From Polyangiales bacterium (GTDB lineage: Bacteria; Myxococcota_A; Polyangia; Polyangiales; Ga0077539): 64,000 bases of DNA. The notes under the pieces were generated by a model. The model was not told the DNA's origin, searched no databases, and saw only the letters and a list, made by a program, of their open reading frames with translations. The position numbers were made by a program, and so were the translations under genes. Positions within the stretch are counted from its first letter, which is position 1. Every line of letters begins with the position of its first letter. Shown piece by piece: positions 10,520-20,197 of the stretch. The stretch is taken from assembly GCA_044229975.1 (NCBI GenBank), contig JBGARZ010000022.1, positions 1-64,000 of the forward strand. Reading direction: 5' to 3'.

Positions 10520-11008
10520 ATGAACCTCCACCCGCTCTCGATCGCCGCCTTCGCGCTGCTGCTCGGTTGTGGTTCCACCCCGGCCGCGGTTGGGAACCTT
10601 GATGCTTCGACCGACGTCGCGCCGGACGTCGACTTCCTCGACGCGCCTCTCGGCGGAGACGCCGTCTGGCCAGATGCCGGGCCCCGCGGCGGCGATCCTC
10701 CGACCTGCAATCAACTGCGCGCCGGGGCGGCGCGTCTCGGTCTCGCGGCGGGAGGCGTCCTCTGCGATCGGGGCAGCGTTCACGGGGTGGACCCGGGAGA
10801 CCCTCGCTTCGTGTCCATCGCGGACTGCCACCGGGAGGCCACGGCGTGCACGATGCGGTGCCTGCCTGCGACCCTGCCCCCATCGACCACGGCGTACCAG
10901 TCGCTGGTTGGCTCATGCTGGCCAGGGGTCGTGTACACCTTCGATCAGCTCGACGCTGGGCTCTCCGAGGAGAGCTGCGACGGGGGCGTCGCGCCCTGCG
11001 TGCCCTGA
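10520..11008 (+). CDS. Cys-rich lipoprotein, hypothetical
   Basis: Lipobox ALLLGC. Confidence 0.6.
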   Translation: MNLHPLSIAAFALLLGCGSTPAAVGNLDASTDVAPDVDFLDAPLGGDAVWPDAGPRGGDPPTCNQLRAGAARLGLAAGGVLCDRGSVHGVDPGDPRFVSIADCHREATACTMRCLPATLPPSTTAYQSLVGSCWPGVVYTFDQLDAGLSEESCDGGVAPCVP

Positions 11009-11093
11009 GACGCCGCCGCGGCGGTGCGATTGGGAGATCGTCCCCGGTGGTCATGGACAGCCGCGCTCGCATGACCTACGGCCCGCCGCGCCG

Positions 11094-12002
11094 ATGAACA
11101 CCGCCCCCCGTGACGCTCCGCTGCGCGCCATCGCCTTCATGCTGGCCGCCGCCTCGTGCTTCGCCTTCATGAACGCCCTCGCCCGCGCGATGCGCCACCT
11201 GCCGTGGCCCATGCTGGCCTTCTCGCGCGCCGCGCTGGGCCTCTGCGTCGCGCTCACCATCGCCCGCACCCGCGGCGCGTCGCTCGCCATCGCCGACCGC
11301 CGCGTCATGTGGCGCCGCAGCCTCGCGGGCACCACCAGCATGCTCTGCACCTTCTTCGCGCTCACGCACATGCCGCTCGCCGACGCGACCGCGCTGCTCA
11401 ACACCACGCCCCTCTTCATCGCCGCCCTCGCCTGGATCACCCTCCGCGAGCGCCTCTCCCCGCGCGTTCTCGTCGCCCTCGCGGTGGCCTTCGCGGGCAT
11501 CCTCCTCGTGGAGCGCCCTGGCCTGCGCGGTGACGGCTTCGCGGGCCTCGTCGCCCTCGCCGCAGGGGCAGGCAGCGCGGTCGCCATGGTCTCGCTGCGT
11601 CGCCTCTCGGGCGAGACCCCGGAGGCCGTCGTGGTGCACTTCTCCGCCACCGCCACCGGGGTGCTCGGCGCGCTCTCGCTCGGCTGGGTCGCCACCCGCG
11701 GCGCGCCCGCGGGAATCACCGCCCGCGAGCTCGTCGGCCTCCTCGCCATGGGGGCGCTCGCGACGCTCGGGCAGCTCTCGCTGACGCGCGCCTACGCCCT
11801 CGACAAGGCCGCGCGCGTTGGGGCCGCCGGGTGGTTGCAGATCGTGATCGCCCTCGGCATCGACGCCGTGGTCTTCGCCCGCTGGCCGGAGGCGCCGACG
11901 CTCGGGGGCATCGCGCTGCTGCTGATCGCAGGGGTGCTGCTGGTGTCGGACGCGCGCCGCGACGAGCGGGCGCTACGGGAGTCAGTCCCGGTCGTGCGAT
12001 GA
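11094..12002 (+). CDS. DMT/EamA family transporter
   Basis: About ten hydrophobic segments; MPLADATALLNTTPLFIAALAWITLRERL. Confidence 0.88.
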   Translation: MNTAPRDAPLRAIAFMLAAASCFAFMNALARAMRHLPWPMLAFSRAALGLCVALTIARTRGASLAIADRRVMWRRSLAGTTSMLCTFFALTHMPLADATALLNTTPLFIAALAWITLRERLSPRVLVALAVAFAGILLVERPGLRGDGFAGLVALAAGAGSAVAMVSLRRLSGETPEAVVVHFSATATGVLGALSLGWVATRGAPAGITARELVGLLAMGALATLGQLSLTRAYALDKAARVGAAGWLQIVIALGIDAVVFARWPEAPTLGGIALLLIAGVLLVSDARRDERALRESVPVVR

Positions 12003-13798
12003 TCCGCGCCGTGGAGCCACGGCGGAGACACGCTCGACGGCGCCGATCGGGCGTGCGCCTCGCACTCGTCGCGGGTCTGCTCTCGCTGGCGCCGCTGCGC
12101 TGCTCGGACCCTGCCCCCACCACGGGGGACGACGGTCCGCCCGTCGCCCGCTTCGCCGCGCCGCAGGGGCGCTTCGAGATCGAGCACGACGCGCTCCCCG
12201 GCACGCCGTCTTCGGTCTCTCTCGGCGACTGCGACGGCGACGGTCGCCTTGACGTCGTGACCCTCGGAATGGGCACGCCGCCCGTGATGCGACAGGACGC
12301 CGACGGGCGCTTCGTGGCGGTGCCCGAGGGGCCCAGCTTCGACCGGCCCGCCGGCGCGGCCTTCCTCGACTACGACCACGACGGGGTGCTCGACCTCGTG
12401 CTCGTGGGCGCCCGGGATGTCCGGGTGGGCCTGTCCCGCGGCCTGGGCGGTTGCCGCTTCCGCGCGGTCGAGGAGATCGCGCCCGGGACGACCGGAACGG
12501 CCGGGCAGGTGATGGTCGCCGACGTCGACCTCGACGGCCTCGAAGACCTCGCCGTCAACCGCCGTGATGACACCGGCGGCGCCTACCGTCTGCTCCTCGC
12601 GCGCGGCGACGGGAGCTGGGAGGAGACACGGCCGCCGACGCCGCCCCGCCCGGGCCATCACAGCCCCGGCTACCAGACCTTCGCGATGCACTTCACCGAC
12701 GTCGACGGCGACGGCGCGCAGGACCTCCTCGGCCTCATCGATCAGGGCGCCTCGTGGTTCGCGTGGGGCGCGTCCGCCGATGCGCCGCGCTTCACGACCG
12801 ACGTCGCGCTCTCGGAGCAGTTCGTGCGGGCGTGTCCGATGAGCGTGTCGGCCCTCGACTTCGATCGCGACGGCCGCACGGACTGGTTTCTCTCGGGCGT
12901 GACGCGGGCCAGCCTGCTGTACCGACTGGAGGGGCCGCGGCGCCTCGTCGATGCCTCCGGACCGGCGCACATCCGCGGCGTGGGCGAGTCCTTCGCGTGG
13001 GGTTCCTTCGCCCTCGACGCCGACCTCGACGGCTGGCAGGACCTCCTCGTCCTCCTGCAACCACCGGACTCCACGCAGGGCATCCCGTGGCCGGTCGCGC
13101 TGTGGACCAACCAGCGGGATCGCACCTTCTTCGACTGGGGCCCCGACCTCGTCCCCGTGAGCACCGTGGCCCAGGGCCTCGCGTGCGGCGACCTCGCGAG
13201 CGACGGTCACATCGGCTGCTTCGTCATGGACGCCCGCGGCGCCGTGCTCATGCGCAACCGGGTCCAGCCCGCCGGACACTGGCTCGGCCTGCGGCTCCGC
13301 GGGACCGTCTCCGCCAGCGCCGCGACCGGCGCGATCGTGTCCGTGGAGGGCGCCTCGCCGCCGCAGGTCGTGAGGGTCAACGAGCAGGTGAGCGTGACCG
13401 GCCACCACGCGCCCGGCGTTCTCATCGCGACCGGCGCGCGCACGCAGGTCGACGTCACCATCACCTGGCCCAGCGGGCTCCGTCAGACCCTGCGCGGACT
13501 CCCGTCCGATCGCTACACCGACGTGACGGAGCCGGTCGCGCTGTCGGTCTCGCGCCGCGTCGCCCCGGCCGACGGAAGCACCCGCGTGGAGGTCATCGTC
13601 GACGCGCGCTCCGTCGGCGCCACCCGCGTCGCGCTCGAACGCAACGGCGCGGGCACCTGGGACGGCGCCGGCACCACCGACGCCGACGGCAGGCTGCACC
13701 GGGCGCTGGTGGCGCCCACTTCGGCGGGCTCGGCGCGCATCGAGCTGAGCCTCGACGGGGTGGCGCTGAAGGTGCGGCCGATCGTTCGCTTCCGCTGA
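11999..13798 (+). CDS. CRTAC1-like FG-GAP repeat plus ASPIC/UnbV protein
   Basis: Repeated DxDGDGxxD motifs; WLGLRLRGTVS...GAIV...ITWPSG. Start uncertain. Confidence 0.8.
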   Translation: MIRAVEPRRRHARRRRSGVRLALVAGLLSLAPLRCSDPAPTTGDDGPPVARFAAPQGRFEIEHDALPGTPSSVSLGDCDGDGRLDVVTLGMGTPPVMRQDADGRFVAVPEGPSFDRPAGAAFLDYDHDGVLDLVLVGARDVRVGLSRGLGGCRFRAVEEIAPGTTGTAGQVMVADVDLDGLEDLAVNRRDDTGGAYRLLLARGDGSWEETRPPTPPRPGHHSPGYQTFAMHFTDVDGDGAQDLLGLIDQGASWFAWGASADAPRFTTDVALSEQFVRACPMSVSALDFDRDGRTDWFLSGVTRASLLYRLEGPRRLVDASGPAHIRGVGESFAWGSFALDADLDGWQDLLVLLQPPDSTQGIPWPVALWTNQRDRTFFDWGPDLVPVSTVAQGLACGDLASDGHIGCFVMDARGAVLMRNRVQPAGHWLGLRLRGTVSASAATGAIVSVEGASPPQVVRVNEQVSVTGHHAPGVLIATGARTQVDVTITWPSGLRQTLRGLPSDRYTDVTEPVALSVSRRVAPADGSTRVEVIVDARSVGATRVALERNGAGTWDGAGTTDADGRLHRALVAPTSAGSARIELSLDGVALKVRPIVRFR

Positions 13799-13811
13799 CG
13801 GGGTGACCCGG

Positions 13812-14684
13812 TCAGCGCTCGGCCACGGCGAGCCGTCGACCCTCGCGGATCATCTCGCTCCAAGGCGTCGGGAGCATGCGCTGCGCGAGCGTCGCGAAGT
13901 CGTCGTCGCTCCGCAGAGAGAAGCCCCGCGACCCGAGCCACGCGGGCAGCTCGTCCGGGTCGAAGCCCGATCGGAAGGGCTCCCCGACGCCGCGCACCAC
14001 CGCCGCCACCGCGCGGGTGAGCGGCCCTGGACGGTCCACGAGGTCGCGCCGCACGTAGTTGAACGCGAGCCGCGAGCCCGGCGCGCTGAAGGCCGCGATG
14101 GCCTCGACGCTGCTCGCGAGCGCCTCGGGCGACAGGTACATCGTCACGCCCTCCCAGATCACGAAGGTGGCGCGCGAGCGGTCGTGCCCCACCTCGCGCA
14201 GCCGCGTCGGGAGGTCGGTGAGCGGGTCGCGCTCGAAGTCCCACGCGAGGTACCGCGCGCCCGAGTTGGCGCCCGCTTCGGCGAGCACTGTCTGCTTGCG
14301 TCCCTGCGTCGCCGGGTGGTCGACCTCGATGAAGCGCACGCCCTCCAGGGACAGGCGCACGGCCCGCGCGTCGAAGCCCGCGCCGAGGATCACCACCTGC
14401 TCGCCGCCGCCCTCCGCGAAGTCGATCAGCGCGTCGTCGATGGCCTTCGTCCGCACCTGCATGTACGCGACCCACGGGAGCATCGGCAGCAGCGCCGCCT
14501 GCGCCGCCGCGCGCGTGGGACCGCGCGCCGAGACGATCGCCCGTGAGAGCGCGGGCGGGAGCAGCTCGGCGAAGCGCAGCCCGAGCGGGTCGTCGACGAG
14601 GCGCGCGTCGGGCGGCAGCAGCGGTGAGAGGCCCCGGCAGGTGGCGACGAAGGCGGCGGTGAAGCTCGGGCGGTGGGTCTTCAT
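13812..14684 (-). CDS. SAM-dependent methyltransferase (leucine carboxyl methyltransferase-like family)
   Basis: VRTKAIDD, QVVILGAGFDARA, EVDHPATQ, WEGVTMYL. Confidence 0.9.
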   Translation of the reverse strand: MKTHRPSFTAAFVATCRGLSPLLPPDARLVDDPLGLRFAELLPPALSRAIVSARGPTRAAAQAALLPMLPWVAYMQVRTKAIDDALIDFAEGGGEQVVILGAGFDARAVRLSLEGVRFIEVDHPATQGRKQTVLAEAGANSGARYLAWDFERDPLTDLPTRLREVGHDRSRATFVIWEGVTMYLSPEALASSVEAIAAFSAPGSRLAFNYVRRDLVDRPGPLTRAVAAVVRGVGEPFRSGFDPDELPAWLGSRGFSLRSDDDFATLAQRMLPTPWSEMIREGRRLAVAER

Positions 14685-16606
14685 GGCGCGTCGAACCATA
14701 GGCGCGGTCGCGCGGGCAGCACACGACCGTTGACGCTCACCCGCAGCGAGACCGTCCCGACGCGCTCGGCCGCAAGTAGTACGCGCTCGAACGATCCATC
14801 GGCGCGCGGCGTCGTCGGACCCATCCAGCGGCCCGCGTTCGCGACGTCATCGATGACTACCTCCGTCCCGGCGGCGCCCACGAGGTCGGGGCGAACGGTG
14901 ACGGTGATGGTGGCGTCGGAGCCGGCGACGTGGTGGCGCTGCGCGGGCGCGAGCGTGAGCCACGAGGGCTCGGTGACCACGATCGTCGGCGTGGTGATGG
15001 GCCCGCGCACCACCTGCTCGCAGCCGCTCGGCCAGTGGATCTGGAGCTCGTCGGTGGACCGATCGGCGCCGAGCGCGACGTCGACCACGGGTTGCGGCGC
15101 GGCCCACGGAGGGAAGTGATCGCCCACGGGGTACGCGCGACGCGGTGATGCGGCGACGATGGTCGCGCCGAGGCCATGCGGGTTGCTGACCGTTCCGCGC
15201 AGGGTCACCAGGGCGTGGCGGGTCGGCGTGGCGAGGCGGTTCTCCAGCACGAGGGCTGACTGGCCGAAGCGACCGAGCACGACGTCGAGGTCACCGTCCG
15301 TGTCGAGGTCGCCGAGTTGAACGTGACAGAACTGGTCGGCGCGGTTGGTCCCGATGCGGTCCGCGATCTCCGCGAAGGTTCCGTCGGCCTGGCCCCGGTA
15401 GACCAGCATGAAGCTCTGGCCGCGGTTGGGGCCCTGGGCGAAGCCCTCGTCGTCGCCGCTGGCCACCCACAGGTCGAGGGCGCCGTCGTGGTCCATGTCC
15501 CAGAGGACGGGCGACCACGGGACGAGGAAGTTGCCCGTCGTGGTGGTCGAGCGGTCCATCCCGAGCTGGCGCTCGATGTCGATCCAGTCGTGCGGCGGCC
15601 TCGGGTTGCGCGTGAGCACGTTGAGCGACGGACCCGTGGCCAGCACCAGCTCCGGCGATCCGTCGCCGTTGATGTCACCGAGCGCGACGCCCATGGGAGC
15701 GGCGTTGCTCGTCGCGAAGAACCCCACCGGGTCGCACGCCTCCTCCGTCGGCCGGAAGCGCTCCCACCGCGGCTCCGTCGCGCCCGCCGCGCGCGCGTCG
15801 CGGAAGGCGCGGTTCTCGTGCGCGGCGCCGTCCGCGGGGATGTAGAGCTCACGCGCTCCATCGCCGTCGAAGTCGACGAAGGCCGCGGTCCAGGCGTGCC
15901 CGTTGGCGTCGAGGTTCCAGTCGGCGGTCACGTCCGCGAAGGTCCGCGCGCTGCGGTTGTGCAGCACCTGCGACGCGCCCTGCCAGTTGGCGAACACCAG
16001 GTCGAGCGCGCCGTCGGCGTCGATGTCCCACGCCGTGGTCGCCATCACCGCGGCCGTCACGGGGAGGCTGGTCGAGGGCGCCGCGAGGAGGCCGGCCGGG
16101 CCGTTCCACCACACGGCCCAGCCCCGCTCCGAGGAGCACACGAGGTCGAGGCCGCCGTCGCCGTCGAGGTCGGCCGCGAGCTGACAGTTGTTGCGCCCCT
16201 CCAACGGAACGGCGGGGCCGAGCGAGCCGGTCGCGTCCTGCCAGAGCACCCACGAGCGGGCGGTGGGCTGCGGCCCGCCGCAGTAGTCCCGGTGGTCGTT
16301 GAAGAGGAGGTCGGTGCGCCCGTCGCCGTCGAGGTCGGCCAGCAGCGACGAGCTCACGTTGCGGGGCAGCCCCGTGAACGCGATGGGCGAGGCCGACGCG
16401 AGCCGCGCTTCCAACGGTGCGTCGTGCACGAACCCTCCGCTCATGAGCCACGCCGCGACCGCGACAGGCCGGGTGCGCGAATGGACCACGCGGCACTGCT
16501 CGGGGACCGGATCAGTGTCGCCCTGGCCTCGCTCCGTTGGACCGCAGCGAGACATCGCGAGCAGCGCCACGATGCACGATGGGGCGCGAGCTCGGTTCCG
16601 CCACAT
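14681..16606 (-). CDS. CRTAC1-like FG-GAP repeat plus ASPIC/UnbV protein
   Basis: Several DxDGDG repeats; LRGTVSNPHGLGA...IHWPSG. Start uncertain. Confidence 0.8.
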   Translation of the reverse strand: MWRNRARAPSCIVALLAMSRCGPTERGQGDTDPVPEQCRVVHSRTRPVAVAAWLMSGGFVHDAPLEARLASASPIAFTGLPRNVSSSLLADLDGDGRTDLLFNDHRDYCGGPQPTARSWVLWQDATGSLGPAVPLEGRNNCQLAADLDGDGGLDLVCSSERGWAVWWNGPAGLLAAPSTSLPVTAAVMATTAWDIDADGALDLVFANWQGASQVLHNRSARTFADVTADWNLDANGHAWTAAFVDFDGDGARELYIPADGAAHENRAFRDARAAGATEPRWERFRPTEEACDPVGFFATSNAAPMGVALGDINGDGSPELVLATGPSLNVLTRNPRPPHDWIDIERQLGMDRSTTTTGNFLVPWSPVLWDMDHDGALDLWVASGDDEGFAQGPNRGQSFMLVYRGQADGTFAEIADRIGTNRADQFCHVQLGDLDTDGDLDVVLGRFGQSALVLENRLATPTRHALVTLRGTVSNPHGLGATIVAASPRRAYPVGDHFPPWAAPQPVVDVALGADRSTDELQIHWPSGCEQVVRGPITTPTIVVTEPSWLTLAPAQRHHVAGSDATITVTVRPDLVGAAGTEVVIDDVANAGRWMGPTTPRADGSFERVLLAAERVGTVSLRVSVNGRVLPARPRLWFDAP

Positions 16607-16646
16607 GCGGCGACGTTACCGGCGAGGCGCATCGGCTGGAAAGAGC

Positions 16647-17267
16647 TCAGCGCGAGCGAACCTCGACTTCGGTGAACCCGAGCGACCGCGCGAGGCTCCC
16701 GACGGTGCGCTCGGCGCCCTGCCGGGCTCGATCGAGGATGCCCGACTCGGTCGCGCCGAGGGCGATGGAGCGCTCTGCCTCCTGGCGGGCGCGCGTCTCG
16801 AGGCCCTCGTTGCGTCGCGCGAGGAGGTCGGTGCTGCGGCTGTGGACGCGGGTGTGCTCGCTGTCGAGGTGCGACACGAAGATCTGCGCGCGGGGGAGGG
16901 TGATGCTCACGCGGTGCTTCGCGGGGTCGACGACGACGTCCTCGGGGCGGAGGGCGGCGAGGTCGACACCGGCGATGACTTCACCGACGGCCACGAGCAG
17001 GATGGCGTCCTCGGCGTGGACGAGCCCGAAGGCGTGGGACTGCTCTTCGTGGAGGTCGATGACGCGCTCCATGTGGAAGGTGACCGTCTCCAGGCGGGCG
17101 AGGTCGCGCACCGCGCGGAGCACGTTGGGCGTCGGGCGAACGACGACCTGCGCGCTGCTGGCGGTGAGCGCCGGGCGCGCCGTGACGCCCGCGGTGACGG
17201 CCGCGGTGGTGACCGAGAGGGCAACGACGAAGAGGACGCCACCGACGCGACGGAAGAGCTTGGCCAT
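16647..17267 (-). CDS. DUF4230 domain protein
   Basis: N-terminal TM, LARLETV, GEVIAGVDL, ITLPRAQI, GILDRARQGAE. Confidence 0.8.
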   Translation of the reverse strand: MAKLFRRVGGVLFVVALSVTTAAVTAGVTARPALTASSAQVVVRPTPNVLRAVRDLARLETVTFHMERVIDLHEEQSHAFGLVHAEDAILLVAVGEVIAGVDLAALRPEDVVVDPAKHRVSITLPRAQIFVSHLDSEHTRVHSRSTDLLARRNEGLETRARQEAERSIALGATESGILDRARQGAERTVGSLARSLGFTEVEVRSR

Positions 17268-17304
17268 GGGGAGCCAGTGTAGGGCCCGAGCGCGAGAGCG
17301 CCCG

Positions 17305-18441
17305 TCAGAGGTAGCTCAACCACCAGTCCCGCCGGCGCGCCTTCACCCCCGCGAACCACCTGCACAGCGGGTAGAGCCCCACCACCACGACGACCCACCC
17401 GACGTAGGCGCCCGCGAGCCCGAAGCCCAGGTGACCCTCGCGCACGCCCATGAGCAGCGCGAGCAGCCGACTCGTCCAGCGCATCGTGACCAGGTGCACG
17501 AAGTAGTACAGCAGCGGAACGCTCCCAAACACCGCGAGCCCCCGCGTCACCCGGTTGGGCCTCGCGCCGTCGAGCAGGGCAAGCACCACCAGCGCCGGGC
17601 CCACCGTCATCAGCGCGTACATCAACGACGGCGGGTACTTGTCGCAGTTGAGGAAGGACATCGCCGTGAAGGCCGCCCCGCGCGGCTGCACCGACCAGCG
17701 CACCGGGTCGCCGTACACGTTGATGCCTCGCAGCACCACGAAGGCCGCCGTCATCGCGAGGCCCAGACGCATGACGAGCGGGCGACGCTCCTCCAGGGGC
17801 CGCTTCATCCAGGCGCCGAGCGCGTAGCCCACGGCGATGACGCCGATCCAGGGCAGCACCGGGTAGGCGACGTAGAGCTGATGGCCGCGCACCGGCTCCA
17901 GCGGGCCGCCATCGTGGGCGATCACCCAGAGCCACTCCATCGACCCGAAGGCGGCGTGCTTCAGCCCGTCGAAGAGGTTGTGCAGCGCCACGATGGCCGC
18001 GCCGATGATCGCCACCGCGCGCAGCGGCAGGCGGCTGAGCGCGGAGAGCACCACCATCGACCACCCGATGGCCCAGATCACCTGCGCGACGGTGAAGCTC
18101 CAGGTGATGTTCGGGGTCCACCCGAGGCGCATCGCCGTGAGCTCCAGAAACACCAGCCACAGCCCGCGCGTGAGCAGGAAGCGCGAGCCCGCGGCGGGGC
18201 CGTTCTTGTCGCGGTAGAGGTAGGCCGCCGTGCCCGCGAGCAGCACGAACACCGGCGCGCAGTAGTGCGTCACCCACCGCGTGAAGAAGAGCGCGACCGT
18301 CGTCGTCGCGAGGTTGGTCGGCTCGGTGCTGAAGCCGTCGCCGTAGAAGTCGCGCGCGTGGTCGAGCGCCATCAGCACCATCACGGCGCCGCGCAGCGCG
18401 TCGATGGCGATGTTGCGCTGGCGGGCAGGAGCGTCGCTCAC
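17305..18441 (-). CDS. DUF1624 / heparan-alpha-glucosaminide N-acetyltransferase-like membrane protein
   Basis: IDALRGAVMVLMALDHARDF, TRWVTHYCAPVF, KYPPSL, WWLSYL. GTG start inferred. Confidence 0.85.
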   Translation of the reverse strand: MSDAPARQRNIAIDALRGAVMVLMALDHARDFYGDGFSTEPTNLATTTVALFFTRWVTHYCAPVFVLLAGTAAYLYRDKNGPAAGSRFLLTRGLWLVFLELTAMRLGWTPNITWSFTVAQVIWAIGWSMVVLSALSRLPLRAVAIIGAAIVALHNLFDGLKHAAFGSMEWLWVIAHDGGPLEPVRGHQLYVAYPVLPWIGVIAVGYALGAWMKRPLEERRPLVMRLGLAMTAAFVVLRGINVYGDPVRWSVQPRGAAFTAMSFLNCDKYPPSLMYALMTVGPALVVLALLDGARPNRVTRGLAVFGSVPLLYYFVHLVTMRWTSRLLALLMGVREGHLGFGLAGAYVGWVVVVVGLYPLCRWFAGVKARRRDWWLSYL

Positions 18442-18490
18442 GGTGAGCGCATCGTCGAGCAATGGTTCATGCGGTGCACCATCGTCCTCG

Positions 18491-19663
18491 ATGAGCGCCG
18501 CGGTCAACGTGGACGCGTCGGCGCGCAGCGACGGCACTCGCGGCGTCGTGCGGTTGCTGCCACTGGTCGTGCTGTTGTTGGGGTGCGAGACGGCGGCCCC
18601 GCCCGCTGGTCCGGACCTCTTCCGCGTGGCGGTGAGCGGGGTGTCGGGCGGATCGCTCCTCGGCGTGTGGGGAGACGGCGCGACCTCGTCGGCGTTCATC
18701 GCGGGCGGGTACGTGGGCGTCGATCGCGCGCTCGTCACCGACGGCCGCGTCGGGCGGCTCGTGGCGTACACCGCGGGTCGCTTCGAGACGCGCTGCGCCA
18801 CCGACGCGACGCTCTGGTGGGTGCATGGTGTTCGCGCGATGGGCGAGCTCACGGTGTATGCGGTTGGCGACGACGCCCGCGTGGTGCGCCTGCGCGACGG
18901 CCGCTGCGAGACGCTCACCGTCGACGTGCCGTGGCCCGCGGGGAGGCCGACGTTCTGGGGCGTGTACGCGCGTCGCCCCGACGACGTGTGGATGGTCGGC
19001 GGGTCGGTGCGCCCCGACGGACCGCGCGGCGTGGTGGTCCGCTACGACGGCGAGCGCTTCACGCAGGTCGTCGACCTGCCGGTCGAGGCGCGCGACGCCA
19101 ATCTCTACAAGATCACCGCGGGACGGGACGGCGCGCTCATGGTCGTGGGCGCCAACGGCCTGGTGCTCCGCTACGACGGAACTCGCTGGGCGCGCTTGCC
19201 CGCGACGGTGCGCGACGAGGACGACCGGCTCTTCACCGTGTCGTGCGTGGAGGGTCGCGACGACTGCTACGCGGTGGGCGGCGCGGGCTCTGGGGTGCTC
19301 CTGCGCGGCGACGCGACGCGGTGGGAGTCGGTCGCGACGCTGGGCGACCCGCCGGGACTCAACGGGGTGTGGGCGCAGGACGACGAGCACGTCTTCGTGG
19401 TGGGAGTTGGCGGGTACACCGCGGTGGTGGGCGGGGCGCGGCCGTATGTTCCGACGCGACGGCCGACGGCGGCGACGCTGCATGGGGTCGGTGGTTTCAC
19501 GGGCGTGGCCATCGCGGTGGGCGGCGAGCTCGACGAGCGGAGCGCGTCGCAGCGTGGGGTGATCCTGGTGCGGGGCGACGACGCGGCGCGGTTCACCTTC
19601 GACGGGGTGGTCTTCGAGGCGACGGGCGACCTGCGGCCGAGCAGCGGGGGCGGCGGGCAGTAG
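18491..19663 (+). CDS. Lipoprotein with beta-propeller-like repeats
   Basis: VLLLGC lipobox; repeats LLGVWG, FWGVYA...DVWMVG and LNGVWAQ...VFVVG. Start uncertain. Confidence 0.7.
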   Translation: MSAAVNVDASARSDGTRGVVRLLPLVVLLLGCETAAPPAGPDLFRVAVSGVSGGSLLGVWGDGATSSAFIAGGYVGVDRALVTDGRVGRLVAYTAGRFETRCATDATLWWVHGVRAMGELTVYAVGDDARVVRLRDGRCETLTVDVPWPAGRPTFWGVYARRPDDVWMVGGSVRPDGPRGVVVRYDGERFTQVVDLPVEARDANLYKITAGRDGALMVVGANGLVLRYDGTRWARLPATVRDEDDRLFTVSCVEGRDDCYAVGGAGSGVLLRGDATRWESVATLGDPPGLNGVWAQDDEHVFVVGVGGYTAVVGGARPYVPTRRPTAATLHGVGGFTGVAIAVGGELDERSASQRGVILVRGDDAARFTFDGVVFEATGDLRPSSGGGGQ

Positions 19664-19667
19664 GGCC

Positions 19668-19703
19668 GGGGGGGGGGGGGGGGGGGGGCCCGCCCCCCCC
19701 CCC
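19668..19703. repeat. Poly-G (21) followed by poly-C (11) tract
   Basis: Homopolymer runs seen directly. Confidence 0.95.
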
Positions 19704-19800
19704 GCCGCCGGAGCGCGGGATCGGCCTGGACGCGCTGGTGGGTCAGCTGGGGGTGGCGCTGACGGACCTGCGGCCGGCCGGGCGGGTGGAGGTGATCAAC
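19704..19800 (+). pseudogene. NfeD C-terminal (OB-fold) fragment
   Basis: Translates to LDALVGQLGVALTDLRPAGRVEVI with no start or proper end. Confidence 0.6.
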
Positions 19801-20191
19801 CACCGTGAGCGCCCGACGGGTCGACGTCCGCGGCGGCGGCGTGCGTGTAGATCCGCTCGTAGCGACCGGCGACCTCGATGGCGCCCCAGCGGCGTCCCCC
19901 GGAGCCGGGCCACACCCGTGGCGCGCGGTGGGCGCCGACGATCATCCACGAGACCTCCGTCGAGACGCCGCCCGACTCCACCGCGGGGAGCGACACGCGC
20001 GGAGTGGCCGCGTTGCCGTCGTCGTCGCGTTCGCGGGACTCGCGCGCGAAGCCTGCCTCGACCAGGAGCTGAACGGGCCCCGCGTTGCCCAGGAGGTGGG
20101 CCTCGGCGAGCCAGCGGGTGCCGGAGACCACCGGGGCGCGGTCGAAGACGAAGCCCGCGACGGTGCGCAGCCCGATGCCGGCGCGGCGCAC
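19796..20191 (-). pseudogene. Internal fragment of a phosphate-selective porin (OprO/OprP-like)
   Basis: EVSWMIVG...WGAIEVAGRYERI resembles the OprO/P C-terminal half. No signal peptide; truncated at both ends. Confidence 0.55.
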
Positions 20192-20197
20192 GGGAGC

